The notes under the pieces are model-generated. The model saw only the letters and a program-made list of their open reading frames with translations, ran no database searches and had not been told where the DNA came from. A DNA stretch of 21,944 nt. Source: a bacterium. GTDB lineage: Bacteria; Arandabacterota; Arandabacteria; Arandabacterales; JALGWA01. Shown here piece after piece: positions 16,331-21,944 of the stretch. Position numbers and translations under genes: made by a program. How positions within the stretch are numbered: position 1 is the stretch's first letter; each line of letters begins with the position of its first letter. The stretch covers positions 1-21,944 of the forward strand of contig JASFEA010000040.1 of assembly GCA_050125095.1 (NCBI GenBank). Direction: 5' to 3'.

Positions 16331-17111
16331 GGTCGAACGCGTTTTTGAGAAGGCGAGCGAGTGGCTTCGCGGCGGCCGCAAGATTTGCATGGCCACGATT
16401 ATCGAAACCAGGGGCTCTACGCCGCGGGCCGTCGGGGCCAAGATGGTCATATCCTCAAGCGGCGACAGGTTCGGTACGGTCGGCGGCGGGGCCGTCGAGA
16501 ATAAGGTTCTTGAAGCGGCGCCGGGAGTTCTGAGAACGGGGAAGCCGGTTGTGCTCGAGTTCTCCCTTACCGCCGAGAGTTCTGACCTGGATGCCGCCTG
16601 CGGCGGCGACATGAAGGTGTTCCTCGAAGCCCTGGGCGAGTACCGGGGCCTGTTCGTCATCGGGGCCGGCCATGTGGGCAGGGCGCTGGCGAGGGCCGCT
16701 GCTGCGGCCGGTTTCGCGGTGACCATGGCAGACGACCGCGAGGACCTGCTTAAGGGTGACGACATACCGCCGTCGGTGCGAACGGTGAAGGCGACGCCGG
16801 ACGACTTCGAGGGGCGTCTCTCCATGGACCCGGGCTCTTTTGTCGTCATCGCGACGCGGGGCCACTCCCTCGACAAGGAGTGGCTCGGGGCCGTGAGCGG
16901 CCTGGGGCTGAGATATGTCGGCATGGTTGGAAGCCGGCGCAAGATAGAAAGCGTCTATGGCGCGCTCCGGGATGAGGGTGTGCCAGAGGATTTCCTGAAA
17001 AGCGTTCACGCCCCTGTGGGCCTGGATATAGACGCGGAGACCCCGGAGGAGATAGCCGTGAGCATCACGGCGGAGCTCATCGGAGTCTGGCGGGGGAGTG
17101 GGCCTCAATGA
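16323..17111 (+). CDS. xdhC: XdhC/CoxI family Moco-insertion chaperone, ~262 aa
   Basis: GSTPRAVGAKM, GTVGGGAVE, ACGG, GAGHVG, ATRGHSLD, YVGMVGSRRK, APVGLDIDAETPEEIAVSI. Start TTG 16323 inferred from AGGAGG upstream; the ORF-track extension overlaps mocA. Confidence 0.88.
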   Translation: MGEVERVFEKASEWLRGGRKICMATIIETRGSTPRAVGAKMVISSSGDRFGTVGGGAVENKVLEAAPGVLRTGKPVVLEFSLTAESSDLDAACGGDMKVFLEALGEYRGLFVIGAGHVGRALARAAAAAGFAVTMADDREDLLKGDDIPPSVRTVKATPDDFEGRLSMDPGSFVVIATRGHSLDKEWLGAVSGLGLRYVGMVGSRRKIESVYGALRDEGVPEDFLKSVHAPVGLDIDAETPEEIAVSITAELIGVWRGSGPQ

Positions 17112-17929
17112 CCCTGGACCTGCCGCGCGTGATGGTCGCCGGAGCCGGGGAGCTCGGCTCGGCCGTGTGCCACCGGCTCAGGCGCTCGGGATTCGAGGTA
17201 GTCGCGACGGACATGGCAAAACCCCGCTGCATAAGGCGCAGGGTGTGCTTTGCGGTCGCGCTCGGATCGGGGAGCATGGAAGTGGAAGGGGTCGTCGCCG
17301 AAGAGGCCATGTCGCCGTCCGAGGCTGAAGATATCCTGGCGCGAGGATCGATAGCGGTCATCGCCGGTGAGTACAGGGCCCTCGTGGAAGTTCTCGGGGC
17401 CCGGGTGCTGGTGGATGCGACGCTGAGGAAGGGACACTCAGATAAGATTGCGGGGCTCGCGCCTCTTACGATAGGGCTGGGACCGGGCTTCGTGGCCGGC
17501 GAGACCTGCGATATCGTCATTGAAACCAACAGGGGCCACGACCTGGGACGGGTAATACGCAAGGGCGCCGCCGAGCCCGATACAGGAGTGCCCGGCGAAA
17601 TAATGGGGATGAGCAGGGAGCGGGTGGTCCGGGCGCCGGCCGAAGGCGTATTCGGCGCCGGCATAGCGCTGGGGAGCCTGGTCGATAAGGGTGACGTTTT
17701 GGGCGAGATCGATGGCGTGACGGAAGTCCGCGCCCCTATCTCAGGCGTTTTGCGTGGCCTTATCGTTGACGGCGCGGCTGTCCAAATGGGCCAGAAGATG
17801 GGAGACGTGGATCCGCGGGGCGCCTCAATCGACGTCAATACGATTTCGGATAAGGGCAGGGCCGTGGCGGGAGGAGTGCTGGAAGCAGTTGTGTCCTGGT
17901 GGGTGGAGAGATGCATGAATTCGAACTGA
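17108..17929 (+). CDS. yqeB: Selenium-dependent molybdenum hydroxylase system protein YqeB (EF2563-like)
   Basis: GAGELGSAV, IRRRVCFA, VDATLRK, IGLGPGF.AG, IETNRGHDLG, PDTGVPG, GVLRGLI, GDVDPRG, ISDKGRAVAGGVLEA. ATGA overlap with xdhC. Confidence 0.92.
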   Translation: MTLDLPRVMVAGAGELGSAVCHRLRRSGFEVVATDMAKPRCIRRRVCFAVALGSGSMEVEGVVAEEAMSPSEAEDILARGSIAVIAGEYRALVEVLGARVLVDATLRKGHSDKIAGLAPLTIGLGPGFVAGETCDIVIETNRGHDLGRVIRKGAAEPDTGVPGEIMGMSRERVVRAPAEGVFGAGIALGSLVDKGDVLGEIDGVTEVRAPISGVLRGLIVDGAAVQMGQKMGDVDPRGASIDVNTISDKGRAVAGGVLEAVVSWWVERCMNSN

Positions 17930-18774
17930 TCAGACCCGGCAGCCTCGAGGAATGCCTGGACGCGCTGGCCGAGCACGGCGATCACGCTTCGGTGCTTGCA
18001 GGCGGGACCGACCTCAATATCCTCATGGATATGGGACTCAAGACTCCGGGATTCGTAATAGACATAGGCACGCTCGGGGAACTCCGTTTCCTGAGAGGCG
18101 AAGGCGGCCGGCAGGTCATAGGGGCCGCGTCGACACATGGCGACGTCAGGTCGGGTCTTGAGGGACTCTCCTGTCTCTCGCTTGCGTCCGGGTCGGTGGG
18201 TTCGCCGCAAATAAGAAACGTGGCGACCGTCGGCGGAAATATAGCCAACGCATCCCCTTCAGGAGACGCCTTCCCGCCGCTGCTTGCGCTTGATGCGGTG
18301 GTGGCGCTGGCAAGCAGCCGGGGCGAGCGTGAAGTCGCTCTCCGGGACCTCGCGACCGGGCCCGGCGAGACAGCGATAGAGCCGGACGAGCTCATTACGC
18401 ATGTCTCCTTCGACCTGCCCGGCGACGGCGCATACACCGACTTCGTTAAAGTCGGCCTGAGGAACGCGCTCGCAATTTCGGTCGCCAGCGCGGCGATCGT
18501 GGCGCGCGGCGACGGAAAGGCCCTGACCGATGTCAGGATCGCATGCGGCGCGGTGGCTCCGAGGGCTATAAGAATGCATGACGTGGAGGATATCATAACC
18601 GGCAGGCAGCCGGAGAGGGCGCTCATTGAGGAGGCCGCGAAGGCGGCAACCTCGATCTGCTGTCCCATCAGCGACATCAGGGGTACGGCGGAATACAGGC
18701 GCCATGTCACGGGCGTCATAGTGTCCCGCCTTGTTGAGAACGCCTTCACGCGCCTTGCCGGCTACAGGAGATAA
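17911..18774 (+). CDS. Molybdenum-hydroxylase FAD-binding medium subunit (CoxM/XdhB family), 287 aa
   Basis: LAGGTDL, VGSPQIRNVATVGGNIANASPSGD, KVGLRNALAIS, PISDIRGTAEYR. GGAG before ATG 17911. Confidence 0.92.
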   Translation: MHEFELIRPGSLEECLDALAEHGDHASVLAGGTDLNILMDMGLKTPGFVIDIGTLGELRFLRGEGGRQVIGAASTHGDVRSGLEGLSCLSLASGSVGSPQIRNVATVGGNIANASPSGDAFPPLLALDAVVALASSRGEREVALRDLATGPGETAIEPDELITHVSFDLPGDGAYTDFVKVGLRNALAISVASAAIVARGDGKALTDVRIACGAVAPRAIRMHDVEDIITGRQPERALIEEAAKAATSICCPISDIRGTAEYRRHVTGVIVSRLVENAFTRLAGYRR

Positions 18775-18791
18775 GCGCAGGAGCGCATACA

Positions 18792-20000
18792 ATGCCGGAT
18801 ATGCTTGCAGGCAAAATTCTCGCGGCGGCCCGCGGAGAGGAGAATTACATCTCCGGTTTCCTGAGGGACCTCATACGCATCCGCAGCCTGAGCTGCAAGG
18901 AAGGGGAAGCCGCGGAGTACATAGGGAGGGAGATGGAAAAACTCCCCCTTGATGACCTGTTCACGGATTCTATCGGGAATGTCGTAGCCAGATACGGGAC
19001 CGGTAAACGGGTCGTGCTTTACGATTCGCATATGGACACGGTGGATATAGGCGATCCCGCTGCCTGGAAGGTCGATCCATTCGAGGCGAAGCTCGAGAAC
19101 GGAGTGATCTACGGGCGCGGGGCGTCCGACAACAAGGGCGGGCTTGCGGCCATGATGGGCGGGCTTAAGGTCCTCTCCGCTCTCGGCGGGCAGGGCGACT
19201 TCAGCCTTTACATGGTGTGTATCGTTCAGGAAGAAGTCTGCGAGGGTCTTGCCCTCAGCGTGTTCCTGGAGGAGCATGGCCTTGCGCCCGACTGCGTAGT
19301 GCTCAGCGAGTGCACGAACCTCGGCATTTGCAGGGGCCACAGGGGCCGGGCGGAGATAGAGATAGTGACCAGGGGGATATCCTGTCACGGCAGCGCGCCG
19401 GAACGGGGCGATAACGCTCTCTACAAGATGGCGCCCGTGCTCGATTCCATAAAGTACATGAACGGTCATCTCAAAGAAGACCCTTTCCTCGGTAAGGGCT
19501 CGATAGCCGCAACGAAGCTCGAATGCGAGACTCCCTCTGTGAACGCTATCCCGGACATGTGCAGGGCGTTTATAGACAGGCGCACAGTCCCCGGGGAGAC
19601 CGCCGAAAGCGTGGCTCGCGAGCTCGACGAGGTGGTGAGGGCGGTGCGGGGAGAGGTGCGGCTATCCACTTTCTCGAGGCCGAGCTACAGAGGATACGTG
19701 AAGGAGAGAGAGAAGTTCTTCCCGGCATGGTCCCTCGAGGAGAAAGCTCATGAACTCGGGAGCGCGAAGCTGTCATGCCGGCTCCTCTTCGGCGAGGAAC
19801 CGAGGACCGGACGCTGGCTTTTCTCAACCGACGGCAATTACTCCATGGGCACAAGGTCGATACCGACGTTCGGTTTCGGGCCCGGCGAGGAACATCACGC
19901 CCATACTGCCCAAGACCAGGTAAGGGTAGAGGACCTCTCGAAAGCCGCGGCTTTTTACGCCCTCTTCCCGTTTGTCTATGCCGGAGACGTGACGGAATAG
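18792..20000 (+). CDS. ygeY: YgeY-family M20 metallohydrolase (selenium/purine-catabolism linked)
   Basis: DSHMDTV, GRGASDNKGG, VQEEVCEG, GHRGRAEI, HGSAPERGDNA, FLGKGS, FSTDG, GFGPGEE..AH. Confidence 0.87.
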   Translation: MPDMLAGKILAAARGEENYISGFLRDLIRIRSLSCKEGEAAEYIGREMEKLPLDDLFTDSIGNVVARYGTGKRVVLYDSHMDTVDIGDPAAWKVDPFEAKLENGVIYGRGASDNKGGLAAMMGGLKVLSALGGQGDFSLYMVCIVQEEVCEGLALSVFLEEHGLAPDCVVLSECTNLGICRGHRGRAEIEIVTRGISCHGSAPERGDNALYKMAPVLDSIKYMNGHLKEDPFLGKGSIAATKLECETPSVNAIPDMCRAFIDRRTVPGETAESVARELDEVVRAVRGEVRLSTFSRPSYRGYVKEREKFFPAWSLEEKAHELGSAKLSCRLLFGEEPRTGRWLFSTDGNYSMGTRSIPTFGFGPGEEHHAHTAQDQVRVEDLSKAAAFYALFPFVYAGDVTE

Positions 20001-20016
20001 GAAAAGAGGTAATCTG

Positions 20017-21372
20017 GTGGCAGAAAGCGACCTCTTCATCGAGCGTCAGGGCGACGGCTGCGAGAGCAGGCCTCTTGCCGACCGCATGCGCCCCCGGAAT
20101 TTCGACGAGTTCGTCGGGCAGGACCAGGTCATAGGCCCGGACAGCGTCCTCAGAAAGGCGATCGAGAAGGGCGAGATCCAGTCGGTGATTTTCTGGGGCC
20201 CTCCCGGGACGGGCAAGACCACCCTGGCGCATATAATTGCGGGGATCACGGGCTCGGGTTTCGTCGCTTTCAGCGCGGTCACCTCGGGCGTCAAAGATAT
20301 TCGTGAAGTGGTGTCGACCGCCGAGATGAACCTCAATCTCAAGGGACAGAAGACTATTCTCTTTGTCGACGAGATACACCGCTTCAACAAGGCGCAACAG
20401 GATGCTTTCCTGCCCCATGTGGAGAAGGGCACCATCATATTGATAGGAGCGACAACCGAGAACCCTTCCTTTGAAGTCAACTCGGCGCTCCTCTCGCGCT
20501 CGAGCGTGGTCATGCTCAATAAGCTCACACCACAAGACCTTAAGGAGATTGTCGCTCGCGCGCTCGAAGATAAGGATCGGGGCCTGGGCGGTCTCAAGAT
20601 CAAGGTCAGCGGAGAGGCTCTCGACCACATGGTGACGCATGCCGACGGCGATGCGCGAATCGCGCTCAACGCGCTTGAACTGGCGCTCGCGGCCACGGCG
20701 CCCGGCAGTCGCGGGTTGAGAGAGATTGACCTTAAGACCATAGAGGGTGCGCTCCAGAAAAAGGCCCTCCTCTATGACAAGATGGGTGAAGAGCATTACA
20801 ATATCATCTCCGCGCTGCACAAGAGCCTGAGGGGCAGCGACCCGGACGCGGCTCTTTACTGGCTCGCCAGAATGCTGGAGGCCGGCGAGAACCCGCTCTA
20901 TATCGCGCGAAGGTTGATAAGGTTCGCGTCCGAGGATATAGGCAACGCCGATCCCCAGGCCCTCGTGGTCGCGGTTGCCGCGAAGGACGCCGTGCATTTC
21001 ATCGGCATGCCCGAGGGAGACCTGGCCCTGGCCCAGGCCGTCCTCTATCTGGCGACGGCGCCCAAGAGCAACGCGGTGTACACGGCGTATATAAGAGCCA
21101 GGGACGACGTCAACTCCAGGGAGGCCCCGCCGGTTCCCCTTCATATCAGGAACGCCCCGACGCGCCTGATGAAGGAGATGGGATTCGGGGAGGGTTATGA
21201 GTATCCCCATGAGGACCCCGACGCGGTCGTCGACCAGGAGTACATGGCCGGAAGCCTCAAGGGGCGGCGCTATTACGAGCCTACGAGCCGGGGCTATGAG
21301 GCCACCATAAAGAAGAGACTGGACAAGTGGAGGAAAATACTGGAATCGAGAAGGAGGGACAGGCGTGAGTGA
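20017..21372 (+). CDS. rarA: Replication-associated recombination protein A (RarA/MgsA AAA+ ATPase)
   Basis: PLADRMRP, Walker A GPPGTGKT, Walker B FVDEIHRFNKAQQD, GATTENPSF, SALHKSLRGSDPDAA, PKSNAVY, YEYPHE. Confidence 0.96.
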   Translation: MAESDLFIERQGDGCESRPLADRMRPRNFDEFVGQDQVIGPDSVLRKAIEKGEIQSVIFWGPPGTGKTTLAHIIAGITGSGFVAFSAVTSGVKDIREVVSTAEMNLNLKGQKTILFVDEIHRFNKAQQDAFLPHVEKGTIILIGATTENPSFEVNSALLSRSSVVMLNKLTPQDLKEIVARALEDKDRGLGGLKIKVSGEALDHMVTHADGDARIALNALELALAATAPGSRGLREIDLKTIEGALQKKALLYDKMGEEHYNIISALHKSLRGSDPDAALYWLARMLEAGENPLYIARRLIRFASEDIGNADPQALVVAVAAKDAVHFIGMPEGDLALAQAVLYLATAPKSNAVYTAYIRARDDVNSREAPPVPLHIRNAPTRLMKEMGFGEGYEYPHEDPDAVVDQEYMAGSLKGRRYYEPTSRGYEATIKKRLDKWRKILESRRRDRRE

Positions 21373-21944
21373 ACCGGCGATGGGACGAGCCAGGACGATG
21401 GTTATCGCGCTCGGCGGCAACTCCATCATTCCTGCCGGCAAACAGGGGACTATCGAAGAGCAGATTGAACTCACCAACGCGACAATGCAGCACGTCGCAG
21501 ACATCATCAAGAGAGGCCACCTGGTCGTGCTCACTCACGGCAACGGGCCGGTTGTGGGAAACATATTCTTGAGAAGCGAAATGGCCAAGGAGGTCATCCC
21601 GCCCATGCCGCTCGATGTATGCGGCGCGGACTCCGAGGGAGGCATCGGGTATATGATGCAGCAGTGCCTTCAGAACGAGCTCAGGAAGATGGGCATAGAC
21701 AAAGACGTGATAACTATCATCACGCAGGTGGTCGTCGACGGGCACGATCCCGCTTTCGAGAATCCGACCAAGCCGATCGGGCCTTTCTACACGCAGGAGG
21801 AGGCGAGCTATATCGCAAAGGCCAAGGGGTGGACCATCGTCGAGGACAGCGGCAGGGGCTACCGCCGCGTCGTTCCATCGCCGAAGCCGCGGCAGATAGT
21901 CGAATTCAGGGCGATAAAGCACGCGATAGACTCGGGAGCGATCG
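21365..21944 (+). CDS. arcC: Carbamate kinase (ArcC/YqeA), 3'-truncated by window
   Basis: Not in the ORF track because it has no stop in the window. GTG 21365 follows GGAGG (21353-21357): MSEPAMGRARTMVIALGGNSI...THGNGPVVG...PLDVCGADSEGGIGY...DPAFENPTKPIGPFY...GRGYRRVVPSPKP. Confidence 0.93.
   Translation, partial: MSEPAMGRARTMVIALGGNSIIPAGKQGTIEEQIELTNATMQHVADIIKRGHLVVLTHGNGPVVGNIFLRSEMAKEVIPPMPLDVCGADSEGGIGYMMQQCLQNELRKMGIDKDVITIITQVVVDGHDPAFENPTKPIGPFYTQEEASYIAKAKGWTIVEDSGRGYRRVVPSPKPRQIVEFRAIKHAIDSGAI

Noticed and set aside
12702-17929. Selenocysteine read-through at TGA stops of thrC-like, DUF296, aminotransferase, yqeC, mocA, xdhC and yqeB
   Set aside because: Each TGA falls at the natural family C-terminus of a full-length protein. 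YqeB/C relate to labile selenium cofactors, not to Sec insertion.
1609-21922. Long minus-strand ORFs (e.g. 1609..2838, 5318..6337, 15659..16942, 17077..18210, 19570..21534)
   Set aside because: They are antisense shadows of well-supported plus-strand genes, expected in GC-rich DNA, and have no recognisable motifs.
1-21944. Mobile elements, tRNA/rRNA genes, anti-phage defence genes
   Set aside because: No transposase, integrase, structural RNA or defence-domain signatures were seen.

Overview
A GC-rich bacterial window with all real genes on the + strand, in two blocks that each have a near-consensus sigma70 promoter. Block 1 (1-7783) is cell-envelope related. It holds the 3' end of a PorV/PorQ-like beta-barrel gene (not in the ORF track), a membrane-anchored metallophosphoesterase with an atypical GNAD motif, a ComEA-type helix-hairpin-helix outer-membrane beta-barrel protein, an M28 peptidase with a T9SS-like C-terminal domain, and a DUF2723/TMEM260-like glycosyltransferase fused to TPRs. 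These features suggest an FCB-group-related diderm (inference). Block 2 (7984 to the window end) is a tightly packed ~14 kb putative nucleobase-catabolism operon, preceded by a 26-bp tandem repeat, a strong promoter and a structured leader. It joins reductive pyrimidine degradation (beta-ureidopropionase-like nitrilase, PreA without PreT, dihydropyrimidinase) to selenium-dependent Mo-hydroxylase and anaerobic purine genes (2Fe-2S and FAD subunits, yqeC, mocA, xdhC, yqeB, ygeY, carbamate kinase). It also carries a threonine-synthase-like PLP enzyme, a DUF296 protein, an aminotransferase and an embedded rarA. The Mo-binding large subunit, selD, ygeW, ygeX and preT are not in the window. All calls come from motif recognition by eye; no searches were run.
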